Part shown: piece by piece, positions 20,711 through 30,234 of the stretch
Numbering within the stretch: the stretch's first letter is position 1
How the letters are laid out: each line of letters begins with the position of its first letter
From: Vulcanimicrobiota bacterium
Lineage (GTDB): Bacteria; Vulcanimicrobiota; Vulcanimicrobiia; Vulcanimicrobiales; Vulcanimicrobiaceae
Length of the DNA stretch: 64,000 nucleotides
Reading direction: 5' to 3'
NCBI GenBank assembly: GCA_963733295.1
Contig: CAVTCS010000003.1
Coordinates: 1,952,001-2,016,000 of the forward strand
Notes under the pieces: generated by a model
The model's database searches: none
Told to the model about the DNA's origin: nothing
The model's input: only the letters and a program-made list of their open reading frames with translations
Position numbers and translations under genes: made by a program

Positions 20711-21868
20711 CTAGCCCGACAGGCCTAGTGCGACCATCATCTTGTAGCCCACTTCCAGCGCGCGTTCGTCGATATCGAAGCGGGCGTTGTGGTGCGGGAA
20801 GGCCGTCGACTCACCGCCGCGGGCACCGACGACAAAGTAGGCGCCGGGCCGCTGCTCTTGCATGAACGACATGTCCTCCGCCCACATGATGATGTCGTGT
20901 TCCACGACGTTCTCCGCCCCGAGCACCTCGCGCCCGACTTCGCGCACTAAATCGTTGACGGTCGCGTCATTGACCGTCGGGGGATACGACCAGTGGTAGC
21001 GCAGGTCGTATTCGACGCGCATCGCATCGCTGAGGCCTTTGAGAATCCGCTCGAGACGCACCGGCATGGCAGCCCGAACTTCGGGATCGAGACAGCGCAC
21101 GGTGCCCATCATGGTTGCTTCGTCGGGGATGACGTTGAAGGTCGTGCCCGCTTGGAACTTACCGACGGTAAACACAGCCGGGTGCATAGGCGCGACTTCG
21201 CGACTGACGATCGTTTGAAGCATCGTCACGAAATACGCGCCGGCCACGACCGGATCGACCCCCATGTGCGGCATCGCTCCGTGGCCGCCTTGGCCTTTGA
21301 TCGTCAAAAAATACTCGTCGGCCGATGCGAAGAAGGCGCCGTCGCGCACGCCGATCTTCCCCACGTCGAGGCCGCTATACAAATGAAGCGCAAAGGTACG
21401 GTCGACGTGGGGATTCTCGAGCGCTCCGTCCTCGATCATGAAGCGATTGCCGGCGCTGCCCTCTTCGCCGGGCTGAAAACAGAAGACGAGCGTACCGGGA
21501 ACCTCCGCCCTGCGCTCGCAGAGCGTCCGTGCCGCAGCTAAGAGGATCGCGACGTGGCCGTCGTGCCCGCACGCGTGCATGACGCCGGGCCGTTCGGATA
21601 CGTAACTCGACTCGACGAGTTCAGCAATCGGCAGCGCGTCCATGTCGGCGCGCAACAGCGTCACCGGTCCGGGTTTTCCGCCTTGCAGGGTGCCGAGGAC
21701 TCCCGTTTTGCCGACACCGGTGCGCAGCGCGTCGAGCGGCAGCTTCCGCAGCTCGTCGGCTACAAAGGCGGCGGTCTCGTGCTCCACCATCGAAAGTTCC
21801 GGTTTGCGGTGCAGTTCCCGCCGAACGCGGATCAACTCGCCGGTCGGAACTTTTTCGGGTGCGATCAT
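20711..21868 (-). CDS. M20D family amidohydrolase
   Basis: RRELHRKPELS, RADMDALP, MHACGHDGH, FQPGEEG, GGHGAMPH, AEDMS, HHNARF. Confidence 0.9.
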   Translation of the reverse strand: MIAPEKVPTGELIRVRRELHRKPELSMVEHETAAFVADELRKLPLDALRTGVGKTGVLGTLQGGKPGPVTLLRADMDALPIAELVESSYVSERPGVMHACGHDGHVAILLAAARTLCERRAEVPGTLVFCFQPGEEGSAGNRFMIEDGALENPHVDRTFALHLYSGLDVGKIGVRDGAFFASADEYFLTIKGQGGHGAMPHMGVDPVVAGAYFVTMLQTIVSREVAPMHPAVFTVGKFQAGTTFNVIPDEATMMGTVRCLDPEVRAAMPVRLERILKGLSDAMRVEYDLRYHWSYPPTVNDATVNDLVREVGREVLGAENVVEHDIIMWAEDMSFMQEQRPGAYFVVGARGGESTAFPHHNARFDIDERALEVGYKMMVALGLSG

Positions 21869-21911
21869 GGAACTCGACTTCAACGGTCGGCCCGACCCAC
21901 CCCCGCCAGGA

Positions 21912-22670
21912 TCACCTCGCCGGGAATTGCGGAAACTGATAGTTGGCGTACGTCGCGAGACCCCGGGCGCTGAGCGTGAACAGCACGAGGTGCGCCGTGG
22001 CGCCGGCTTCTCCGCTTTGAACCAGCCAGTATGGGCCGGCCTCGCCGTACTCGACCGTAAGCAGAAACGGGACCGCAATGATGCCCGCGTGCTCGACCTC
22101 GTGCGCGACGATCCGGCGTACGTCGAAACTCGCCACGTCGATCCAGACTTCGCGAACCGGATAGCGCTCGGCTTCGCGACGCGGCTCGAAAAGCAAATGG
22201 TATGCCGGGTGCCCGCGGACGGATTCGACTCCGTCGAGGCTGACCTCATACGGATACCGGCTCACCGCGCGCGCGATCGCCAGCGTTTGCAGCGGCACCT
22301 GCGAAGCGTCTTCCGCGCTCCCGCCTCGGACGCGCGGAACGAGGCCGAAGGTTTCGTCGGGAAAGAGCCGTTGGCGCTCGGCGTTCACGCCCAGCGGTTC
22401 GCTGCCCGTGGCGGAGGTCACTCGCGCCGCGTAGCTCCGCGAAGCCGCGTCGTATTGAACGTGCATCGCTCGTGTGAATTCATCGTTTTTTCGAGTCCCG
22501 CGAAAGTTCACGTCGTACGCGATCGCCGCCGGCGTCGGGCGCGCGTTCCAGACTTCCAGCGCGTGCTGCAGTATCTCCATCGGCGGCGGCGCTTCGTCAG
22601 CCCGTGCAGCCGGGATTCCCACGAGCAGCGCACAGCCGAGCGCGACCGGCAACCGAAGGATTCGCTTCAC
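21912..22670 (-). CDS. exported hypothetical protein
   Basis: Signal peptide ending PARA-DE, followed by a beta-strand-rich mature region. Confidence 0.65.
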   Translation of the reverse strand: MKRILRLPVALGCALLVGIPAARADEAPPPMEILQHALEVWNARPTPAAIAYDVNFRGTRKNDEFTRAMHVQYDAASRSYAARVTSATGSEPLGVNAERQRLFPDETFGLVPRVRGGSAEDASQVPLQTLAIARAVSRYPYEVSLDGVESVRGHPAYHLLFEPRREAERYPVREVWIDVASFDVRRIVAHEVEHAGIIAVPFLLTVEYGEAGPYWLVQSGEAGATAHLVLFTLSARGLATYANYQFPQFPAR

Positions 22671-22796
22671 CCGGCGACATTTTCGGAGACTAAAGTCGAA
22701 TCCCTAACCCCGGCCGGAAGGCCGCTTTTCGCATCTCGAAAGGAAATAAGGAGCGCGGGCCGCGAGTATTCCAGGTTTCCCTCATGAGGAGGTCCG

Positions 22797-23819
22797 ATGG
22801 CCAAGGTGGTCCCTTCGCCGCAGCTCGAGCGGCACGGTCTCAGCGACGACCGGTTACGGGCGATGCTGCGGCTCATGCACATGCAACGTACGCTCGACAA
22901 CCGCGGCTTCCAGCTCAACCGTCAAGGGAAGATCCCGTTCGCGACGGGGAGCGAGGGGCACGAAGGCATCCACGCCGGCGCGGCCGAGGCGTTCGTTCGC
23001 GGCAAGGACATCCTCGTGCCGTACTACCGCGACGTCGGGCTGGTGATAGGCGTCGGGCTCGACCCGCTCGACGTCTTGCTCTCGCTTTTCGCGCGCGCGG
23101 CGGACCGTTCGGGCGGGCGGCAGTTCCCCAACCACTTCACGAACCACTCGATCGGGATCATGTCGATCAGTTCGATCATCGCCGCGCACTGCACGCACGC
23201 CGTCGGCGCTGCGTACGCGATGAAGTATCGCAAGGAAGAAGGCCGCGCGGTCCTCTGCACCTTCGGCGACGGCTCGACCAGCGAGGGCGAATGGCACGAG
23301 TCGATCAACTTCGCTGCGGTCCAAAAACTGCCGATCGTCTTCCTCTGCGAGAACAACGAGTGGGCCATCTCGACGCCGCGCCAACACCAGATGGCGATCG
23401 AGGCGATCGTGCAAAAAGCCGTCGGCTACGGTCTGCCCGGACACAAGGTCGACGGCTCGGACCCGATCGCCGTCTACGCCGTCGTCAAGGCCGCCCTCGA
23501 TCGGGCGCGTACCGGCGGCGGACCGACCCTCGTCGAAGCGACCTGTTATCGCTTCCTCTCGCACACGACGGACGACGACGATAGAACCTATCGCACGCGC
23601 GAAGAGATCGAGCGCCATCGCGGACAAGACCCGGTGCCGCGCTTCGAGCGTCTCTTGTTGGACGCCGGGGTCATCGACGAGGCTGCGCTGGCCGACCTCA
23701 AACGCGACGTCTTGCGCGAGGTCAACGAGTTGACCGACCGCGCCGAGGCGATGCCCTATCCATCGGCCGCCGATCTGTACACTCACGTTTACGAAGGACC
23801 TTACGAGCCATGGCAATAG
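22797..23819 (+). CDS. bkdA1: 2-oxoacid dehydrogenase E1 alpha (probably branched-chain)
   Basis: LNRQGKIPF, PYYRD, TPP motif GDGSTSEG...ENN, HTTDDD. GAGGAGG RBS. Confidence 0.85.
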   Translation: MAKVVPSPQLERHGLSDDRLRAMLRLMHMQRTLDNRGFQLNRQGKIPFATGSEGHEGIHAGAAEAFVRGKDILVPYYRDVGLVIGVGLDPLDVLLSLFARAADRSGGRQFPNHFTNHSIGIMSISSIIAAHCTHAVGAAYAMKYRKEEGRAVLCTFGDGSTSEGEWHESINFAAVQKLPIVFLCENNEWAISTPRQHQMAIEAIVQKAVGYGLPGHKVDGSDPIAVYAVVKAALDRARTGGGPTLVEATCYRFLSHTTDDDDRTYRTREEIERHRGQDPVPRFERLLLDAGVIDEAALADLKRDVLREVNELTDRAEAMPYPSAADLYTHVYEGPYEPWQ

Positions 23820-24814
23820 CCTCCGAGGCGACCACGACGATGAACAACGTTGAGGCGGTGCGCCACACGTTGCATCAAGCGTTGAGCGCAGATCCCAACG
23901 TCGTCATCCTGGGCGAGGACGTCGGCGCGCGCGGCAACGTCTTTTTGATTACGAAGGGCTTCATCGAGGAGTTCGGCGCCGAACGCATCATCGACACACC
24001 GCTGGCCGAGGCGTCGATCGTAGGCGTGGCGGTCGGAATGGCGATGGAGGGCTTGCGTCCGATCGCGGAGATTCAATTCGCCGACTTCATTTATCCCGCG
24101 TTCAATCAGATCGTTGGCGAGGCGGCGAAAACGCGCTACCGCTCCGCCGGCGACTACACCTGTCCCATGGTGATTCGGACGCCGTACGGCGGAGGCGTTC
24201 GCGGCGCGCTCTCGCATTCGGTTTCGATCGAAGCGCTGTTCTATCACGTCCCTGGGTTGAAGATCGTGGCGCCCTCGTTCCCGGCCGACATCAAAGGTTT
24301 GTTGACTGCGTCGATCGAGGATCCCGATCCGGTGCTCTTCCTCGAGCACAAGAAAACGTACCGGCTCGTCAAGGGACCCGTTCCGAACGGTCATTTCTCG
24401 ATTCCGATCGGAAAGGCCGACGTGAAGCGGGAGGGGACGCAACTCAGCGTCGTCTCGTACGGACTCTACGTTCACCAAGCGCTCGAGGCGGCCGAATCGC
24501 TCGCCGCCGACGGACTTTCCATCGAGGTTATCGACCTGCGCTCGATTCGTCCGATGGATCGCACCGCAATCCTTGCCAGCGTCAAGAAGACGCGCAAGCT
24601 CTTGATCGTTCACGAAGACAACAAGTTCGGCGGGATCGGAGCCGAGATCAGCGCGATGGTCGTCGAGGACGCGTTCTTCGATCTCGATGCACCGATCAGG
24701 CGTCTCGCCGGGCCCGACGTTCCGGCCATGGGCTACGCGCAACCGCTCGAAACAGAATTTATGGTCTCGACCTCTCGCATGGCCGAGGTCATGCGCGAAG
24801 TGATTGCGTTCTGA
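23810..24814 (+). CDS. bkdA2: 2-oxoacid dehydrogenase E1 beta
   Basis: GEDVG, DTPLAE, AEIQFADF, RTPYGGG, HSVS, FLEHK, DLDAPIRR. Confidence 0.85.
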   Translation: MAIASEATTTMNNVEAVRHTLHQALSADPNVVILGEDVGARGNVFLITKGFIEEFGAERIIDTPLAEASIVGVAVGMAMEGLRPIAEIQFADFIYPAFNQIVGEAAKTRYRSAGDYTCPMVIRTPYGGGVRGALSHSVSIEALFYHVPGLKIVAPSFPADIKGLLTASIEDPDPVLFLEHKKTYRLVKGPVPNGHFSIPIGKADVKREGTQLSVVSYGLYVHQALEAAESLAADGLSIEVIDLRSIRPMDRTAILASVKKTRKLLIVHEDNKFGGIGAEISAMVVEDAFFDLDAPIRRLAGPDVPAMGYAQPLETEFMVSTSRMAEVMREVIAF

Positions 24815-26160
24815 TGGCGACCACGATTACGATGCCGCAACTGGGCGAAACCGTCACCGAGGGAACGGTCGCGCAGTGGCTCAAGAAAGTCGGCGACAGC
24901 GTCGAGAAGTACGAATCGTTCGTCGAAGTCTCGACCGACAAAGTCAACGCCGAGGTTCCCTCACCCGTCAGCGGCGTGATTCGCGAGCTCATCGTGAAGG
25001 AAGGCGAAACGGTTCCCACCGGTGCGGCCATCGCGATCATCGACGAAGTCGGTGCCGCGGCCGGCGCGCCCGAAGCAGTGCCTGCGCCGGCCGCAGCGGT
25101 GCCTCCGCCGTTTCAGCCGCCTCCACGACCTTCTCAGCCCGCTCTCGACGCACGCGAGGTTGTGTTGCGACGCGAGGCGGAGCGTCCCGCGAACGGTGCA
25201 TCGCGCGGCGGAAACGGGCAGGTCAACGCACCGGATATTCTTCGCCGCGTTTCACCGGCGGTCAGGCGACTAGCGCGCGAACATCAGATCGATCTGAGCG
25301 CGGTGCGCGGAACCGGAACGAGCGGCCGGATTACCGCCAACGACGTTCTCGCCGCTGCCGGTCGCGAAGGGCCGGCCGCCGTCGCGGCGGCGACGATCGT
25401 GCTCGAACCGCCGCCGCGAAGTCAAGGCAGCCCGGCGAAGCCGACGTATGCAACCGCGGCTCCCGGCGACTTGATCCCGCTCACGCAAGCGCGCAAGATC
25501 ATCGCGCAGCGCATGCTCGAATCCAAACGCACGGCGCCGCACGCTTGGACGATGGTCGAGGTCGACGTGACCAAGCTCTGGGCTTTGCGCTCGGCGGAAA
25601 AAGAGCGGTTCCAGCGTGAAAAAGGCTACGCGCTGACCCTCTTGCCGTTCTTCGCGTACGCCGTCGTGCAATCGCTGCGAGCGTTTCCGCTCATGAACGC
25701 GCGCTTCACCGACGACGGCATCGCGGTGAACAAGGACGTCAATATCGGGCTCGCCGTGGCCCTCGAAAGCAACTTGATCGTGCCGGTGATTCGTAACGCC
25801 GACGAGTACTCGATCGGCGGCTTGGCGGTCGCGGCCGGCAAGCTGATCGAGAAAGCCCGCGCAGGCAAACTCGGTGCCGACGATTTGAGCGGCGGCACGT
25901 TCACCGTCAACAATACCGGAGCGAACGGTTCGATCATGTCGGCGCCGATCATCAACGGCGGACAGGCCGCGATCGTCACGATGGAAGCGGTGGTCAAACG
26001 GCCGGTCGTCACGGCCGACGACGCAATCGCGGTGCGCTCGATGATGAACGTCTGCCTGTCGCTCGATCACCGGGTCGTCGACGGCGCGATCGCGAGCGGC
26101 TTCCTCGTCGACCTCAAGAAGCGCTTGGAGGCGATGGCTCGCGGCGCAACGGTGCTCTGA
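24814..26160 (+). CDS. bkdB: dihydrolipoamide acyltransferase E2
   Basis: Lipoyl domain (MPQLGETVTEG...STDKV), E3-binding SPAVRRLARE...GTGTSGRIT, catalytic DHRVVDG. TGATG overlap with E1 beta. Confidence 0.9.
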   Translation: MATTITMPQLGETVTEGTVAQWLKKVGDSVEKYESFVEVSTDKVNAEVPSPVSGVIRELIVKEGETVPTGAAIAIIDEVGAAAGAPEAVPAPAAAVPPPFQPPPRPSQPALDAREVVLRREAERPANGASRGGNGQVNAPDILRRVSPAVRRLAREHQIDLSAVRGTGTSGRITANDVLAAAGREGPAAVAAATIVLEPPPRSQGSPAKPTYATAAPGDLIPLTQARKIIAQRMLESKRTAPHAWTMVEVDVTKLWALRSAEKERFQREKGYALTLLPFFAYAVVQSLRAFPLMNARFTDDGIAVNKDVNIGLAVALESNLIVPVIRNADEYSIGGLAVAAGKLIEKARAGKLGADDLSGGTFTVNNTGANGSIMSAPIINGGQAAIVTMEAVVKRPVVTADDAIAVRSMMNVCLSLDHRVVDGAIASGFLVDLKKRLEAMARGATVL

Positions 26161-26531
26161 CGCAGGTTCGAAAACTGTTCCGCTTCGAGGCGGCGCACGT
26201 GCTTCCGCATCATCCCGGAAAGTGCAGCCGGCTGCACGGACACTCGTACCGTCTCGAAGTCGCCATCGAAGGCCCGCTGCAGGGCGACGGACCGGCGCGA
26301 GGCATGGTCGTCGATTTCGATGAGATTTCAAGCGTGGTGCGACCGGCCGTCGTCGACCGCCTCGATCACTCTTCGCTCAACGACGTCCTCCCCAATCCGA
26401 CCGCCGAACACATCGCGCTCTGGATCTGGGCAGAGCTGGCCCCACTCCTCAAAGGGCTGACGGAGATCGTCGTGTGGGAAACGCCGACCGCTTGCGCGGT
26501 GGTGCGCGAGGGAGATGCTCGGAGTCGCTGA
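26157..26531 (+). CDS. queD: 6-carboxy-5,6,7,8-tetrahydropterin synthase
   Basis: KLFRFEAAH (upstream of the ORF-track start), CSRLHGHSY, GMVVDF, LDH, NPTAE, WETP. The probable start is CTG 26157 overlapping the E2 stop. Confidence 0.9.
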   Translation: MTQVRKLFRFEAAHVLPHHPGKCSRLHGHSYRLEVAIEGPLQGDGPARGMVVDFDEISSVVRPAVVDRLDHSSLNDVLPNPTAEHIALWIWAELAPLLKGLTEIVVWETPTACAVVREGDARSR

Positions 26532-27090
26532 GCTCTTCTACAGTCTGCAAGGCGAGGGGATGTGGACCGGAACGCCCGCCGTTTTCGTGCGCCTGGCGGG
26601 CTGCAATCTCAACTGCCGTTTTTGCGACACGGACTACGCGCTGCGTTCCTTCGCGACGCCCGCGCAGGTCGTCGCAGAGGTCCGAAAACTCGGCGGCGAC
26701 TGCCCGATGGTCGTGCTGACCGGCGGCGAGCCGTTGGCGCAAACCGAGAGTTCGGAGTTGATCGCCGCGCTGCAAGCCGACGGACGGCGCGTGCACGTCG
26801 AGTCGAACGGAACGATTCCGGTCGATCTGCCCGACGACGTCTGGCTGACGGTGTCGCCGAAAGAGCGGCTGCATCCCGCGATGGCGGCTCGCGCGAACGA
26901 GGTGAAATTGATCGTTGACGGCCGGGTGCCGCACGAATGGCTCGCGTCCTTCGAGCGGCCGGTGACCGTATTTCTGCAACCCGAAGGGAACAAACCGGGC
27001 AATATCGCGTTAGCGCTCGCCGCCGCGCAAGCCGAACCCGGCCGCTACCGGCTCTCGTTGCAGACGCACAAGTTCATCGGAATTCGTTAA
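26515..27090 (+). CDS. queE: 7-carboxy-7-deazaguanine synthase (radical SAM)
   Basis: FYSLQGEG, VFVRLAGCNLNCRFCDT, LTGGEP, ESNGT, TVSPK, LSLQTHK. Confidence 0.92.
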   Translation: MLGVAELFYSLQGEGMWTGTPAVFVRLAGCNLNCRFCDTDYALRSFATPAQVVAEVRKLGGDCPMVVLTGGEPLAQTESSELIAALQADGRRVHVESNGTIPVDLPDDVWLTVSPKERLHPAMAARANEVKLIVDGRVPHEWLASFERPVTVFLQPEGNKPGNIALALAAAQAEPGRYRLSLQTHKFIGIR

Positions 27091-27091
27091 A

Positions 27092-27694
27092 TTGATTCTC
27101 GTCGTGTGCGCACTTCACGCAGAGTTGCGCGGCCTCGCGCCACGTGACGACGTTGAAGTTTTCGCGTGCGGCGTCGGCCCCGTCGAAGCTGCCGCGAGCG
27201 TCGCGCGCAAGCTTGCCGGCAACGGCTATAGCGCCGTCCTCAACGCCGGCATCGCGGGCGCCTTTCCCGGCGCGGCGCGGGTCGGCGAGGCGCTCCTCGT
27301 GCGTGAGGAAGTGCTGGCCGACTTGGGCCTCGAGGGCGGCGGTGAATTCACGCTGCCGGAAGGCGCGCGCATTACGGACCGGGTTCTCGCGGATGCGGGC
27401 TTGCTCGAGCGTTGCGCCGGCCTCGGACTCCGGACGGCTCGCGGGCTTACCGTCAGTGCGGTGACGACAACGCGCGCGACCGGCGAGCGCCTCGCGCGCG
27501 CGTACGAGCCCGGCGTCGAGTCGATGGAAGGCTTCGCCGTGCTCCGGGCGAGCGAACTCGCCGGCGTTCCAGCGCTCGAAATCCGCGGAATCTCGAATTA
27601 CGTCGGAGACCGGGCCGAGAGCGCGTGGGACTTTCGCGCCGGCGCGCGCGCGACCGTCAACGCTCTCGAAGCAGTCCTGGACGCGCTCGCCTAG
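27092..27694 (+). CDS. mqnB: futalosine hydrolase
   Basis: GVGPVEAAA, NAGIAGAF, ESMEGFAV and EIRGISNYVGDR..W. Lies near mqnD. Confidence 0.82.
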   Translation: MILVVCALHAELRGLAPRDDVEVFACGVGPVEAAASVARKLAGNGYSAVLNAGIAGAFPGAARVGEALLVREEVLADLGLEGGGEFTLPEGARITDRVLADAGLLERCAGLGLRTARGLTVSAVTTTRATGERLARAYEPGVESMEGFAVLRASELAGVPALEIRGISNYVGDRAESAWDFRAGARATVNALEAVLDALA

Positions 27695-28146
27695 ACGCCG
27701 GAATAGAGCAGTTTGTGGACTTCGTCGAGATCGTTGACCGTATTCAGCGTCACGGCATCTTTTAGGTCAGGGTTCTTGATTCCCGAATCGGCCTGCATGC
27801 TCTTACAATCATCGTCGCCGTGGTTGTAACCGGCGATGGCGGCATTGTGCTTGGCGATCTTATCGACCGAAATCGTGCCGCCGTTTTGCGCCAAGACGAA
27901 CTCCTCGAATTGCATGTACGTCGGCTTTTTGTCGCGGATGAAAGCGATCGTCTTGTCCTTGTCGAGACCCAGCGCGTTCAGCGTCATCTGGTCGAAGCCT
28001 TGACCGCACATGTGGTAGCCGTCGGCCAACATGTTGCGCGAACCGAGCGACAGTTTGAGCCAGAGGCGCGGTAAATGCAACGCCCCCATTGGTCCGGCAG
28101 TGCCCGAGCTGATCACAGGAACGATCTTCGTCGAGGTTGCGTTCAT
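27691..28146 (-). CDS. DUF5069-like hypothetical protein
   Basis: GPMGALHLPRLWLK, GFDQMTLNALGLD and a C-terminal DLDE. GGGAG RBS. Confidence 0.55.
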   Translation of the reverse strand: MNATSTKIVPVISSGTAGPMGALHLPRLWLKLSLGSRNMLADGYHMCGQGFDQMTLNALGLDKDKTIAFIRDKKPTYMQFEEFVLAQNGGTISVDKIAKHNAAIAGYNHGDDDCKSMQADSGIKNPDLKDAVTLNTVNDLDEVHKLLYSGV

Positions 28147-28210
28147 CGTGTTCTCCCATTTGGATCGCGTTGACGAGGGCTTTTACTTTGAGATACGGCA
28201 CTGGTGCACC

Positions 28211-29065
28211 GTGACTTCCGCAAAACCTCTCTCGCTCGCCTACTCGCCCTGTCCGAACGACACGTACATCTTCGCCGCTTGGACGAACGGTTTGATCGAT
28301 GGAGCGCCGCCCGTGAACGTGGTCCTCGACGACGTCGAAGCCCTCAACGAAGCGGCACTCAACGGGCGCCACGAGTTGACGAAGGTCAGTTACGGCGCGA
28401 TCCCCTACTTGCTCGACCGCTACCGCATCTTGCGCGCGGGAGGGGCGCTGGGGCGTGGCTGCGGGCCGCTGGTCGTCGCCCGCCCGGGTTCCGATGGGAG
28501 CGCGCCACCCCTCGCCGGTTTTCGCGCGCACGTGCGCATCGCGATTCCGGGTGAAATGACGACGGCTTACCTGCTGTTACGTCTCGCGCTGCAACGTCCG
28601 ATCGACGCGGTTCCCATGCGCTTCGACCGCATCGTCGAGGCAGTCGCGAACGGTGCGGTCGACGCCGGGCTCATCATTCATGAATCGCGTTTTACGTACC
28701 AGCGCGCGGGTCTCGCGCAAGTCGAAGATCTCGGTCAATGGTGGGAGCGCGAGACCGGTCACCCGATTCCGCTCGGTGCGATCCTGGCACGCCGCGACCT
28801 CGATCCCCAAGCGCTTGCGAACATCGACGACACGATCCGGCGCAGCCTCGCGTATGCAGACGCGAACGGCGCAAGCGTGGCACCCTACGTTCGCGAACAC
28901 GCCTTCGAGATGGACGAACACGTGATGCGCGCGCACATCGCGCTCTACGTCAACGACTACTCGCGCGACGTCGGCGACGACGGCATCGCCGCCATCGCCG
29001 CGCTGTTCGAACTCGCAGCCGCGGCGCGGCTCATACCGGAAACGATCAAACCCGAGTTCGCCTGA
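28211..29065 (+). CDS. mqnD: 1,4-dihydroxy-6-naphthoate synthase
   Basis: LAYSPCPNDT, DVEALN, GGALGRGCGP, TTAYLL, GLIIHESRF, PIPLG, HIALYVN. Confidence 0.92.
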   Translation: MTSAKPLSLAYSPCPNDTYIFAAWTNGLIDGAPPVNVVLDDVEALNEAALNGRHELTKVSYGAIPYLLDRYRILRAGGALGRGCGPLVVARPGSDGSAPPLAGFRAHVRIAIPGEMTTAYLLLRLALQRPIDAVPMRFDRIVEAVANGAVDAGLIIHESRFTYQRAGLAQVEDLGQWWERETGHPIPLGAILARRDLDPQALANIDDTIRRSLAYADANGASVAPYVREHAFEMDEHVMRAHIALYVNDYSRDVGDDGIAAIAALFELAAAARLIPETIKPEFA

Positions 29066-29072
29066 GCTTGCG

Positions 29073-29094
29073 TCGAGCGACGGTGCTCGCTCGA
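29073..29094. terminator. hairpin between the convergent mqnD and DUF2214 genes
   Basis: TCGAGCGA-cggtgc-TCGCTCGA, a perfect 8-bp stem. Confidence 0.45.
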
Positions 29095-29095
29095 T

Positions 29096-29533
29096 TTAGA
29101 ATTCGCCGTAGCCCCTCGCCATCGCGGCAGCGAAGATGGGCAAGAACGCAAACAAGACGAGCTCCGCGTACAAGAACCGTTGCACGCGCCCGACGGCCGG
29201 ACCGCTCGGCGCGTCGCCGGCGCGGCGCCACTTGAGGTACTGGATCGTGGGCGGCACCGACAAAATGGCTACGAGCGCGAACGTTGCCATTTTCGCCCAG
29301 AAAAATCCGTTGTGCGAGTAATACGCCCAGCCTTTCGCGGCGAAAATCGCCCGGGAGAAACCCACGACGATAATGGCGCCGGCGAGTGCGCCATACCAGG
29401 CGTCCACGCGCGCAATCCTCGTTACGACGTCGAGGCTGATGTCTCGCCGCACCAAGACAATTTCCACCGCGAGGACTCCAAAGAGCGCGAAAATGATGAG
29501 GTGGTGGCCGATGGCAAGCCAAAGATCAAGCAT
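29096..29533 (-). CDS. DUF2214 family membrane protein
   Basis: HH in TM1, DAWYG, KGWAYYSHNGFFWAK, LSVPPT, AAAMARGYG. Confidence 0.8.
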   Translation of the reverse strand: MLDLWLAIGHHLIIFALFGVLAVEIVLVRRDISLDVVTRIARVDAWYGALAGAIIVVGFSRAIFAAKGWAYYSHNGFFWAKMATFALVAILSVPPTIQYLKWRRAGDAPSGPAVGRVQRFLYAELVLFAFLPIFAAAMARGYGEF

Positions 29534-29604
29534 GACCGAGACTTTTCACGCCTGATAGGCGCGACCTCCGGCGTTGAGCCGCTAGCCGCGCCAAGCATCG
29601 GGCG

Positions 29605-29613
29605 TGATATAAT
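29605..29613 (+). promoter_or_regulatory. extended -10 promoter (TGnTATAAT) for the Uma2-namZ unit
   Basis: TGATATAAT is a perfect consensus in a GC-rich background. AAGGGAG RBS and ATG 29638 follow. Confidence 0.65.
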
Positions 29614-29637
29614 CTGCGGCGAAGGGAGACGGGCGGC

Positions 29638-30222
29638 ATGATTGCCACGTTTCGGACCGACTCGAAAGTCAGCGACGAAGACATCGAGCTACTCTCGCGC
29701 CTAATTCCGCCATTCCGTTTCGAGCGGAACGGTCGCGGGGAGTTGATCGTCTCGCCCAATGGAACTGAGTCCGGCTTACATAGCGGCGAAGTTTACGGGC
29801 AGTTGTGGTCCTGGAACAAGGCGCTCGGAGCCGGCTTTGCTTTCGACTCCAACACCGGCTTCACGATGCCGGACGGCGCGATCTACTCTCCCGACGCGGC
29901 CTGGGTCGAGAAATCCCGCTACCTCGCCTTCGATCGCGCCGAACGCCGCAAGTATCTCAAACTTTGTCCCGACGTTGTTTTCGAGGTGCTTTCACCGAGC
30001 GATCGGCTCCCGAGCGTTCGCGAGAAGATCGGCGAATACATGAGAGGGGGCTCGAAACTAAGCGTCGCAATCGATCCCTTCAATTGCATCGCCGAAGTCC
30101 GCCGTTTCGACCGCGATCCGGAACTGCTGGCAAGCCCAACGCATCTCATTCTCGAGGCGCGCTACTTCGGCGCCGCGCAACGAGATTTCGTACTGGACCT
30201 CAGCTCGCTCTTTGAAGCCTGA
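29638..30222 (+). CDS. Uma2 family (DUF820) PD-(D/E)xK nuclease-fold protein
   Basis: FERNGRGELIVSP, FDSNTGF, SPDAAWV, CPDVVFEVLSPSD. Confidence 0.85.
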   Translation: MIATFRTDSKVSDEDIELLSRLIPPFRFERNGRGELIVSPNGTESGLHSGEVYGQLWSWNKALGAGFAFDSNTGFTMPDGAIYSPDAAWVEKSRYLAFDRAERRKYLKLCPDVVFEVLSPSDRLPSVREKIGEYMRGGSKLSVAIDPFNCIAEVRRFDRDPELLASPTHLILEARYFGAAQRDFVLDLSSLFEA

Positions 30223-30234
30223 CGGGAAGCTCGA

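Noticed and set aside
26157..27090. queD/queE as a 7-deazaguanine DNA-modification (dpd) defence island
   Set aside because: No dpdA/tgt-like, helicase or other dpd genes are present, and the context is housekeeping.
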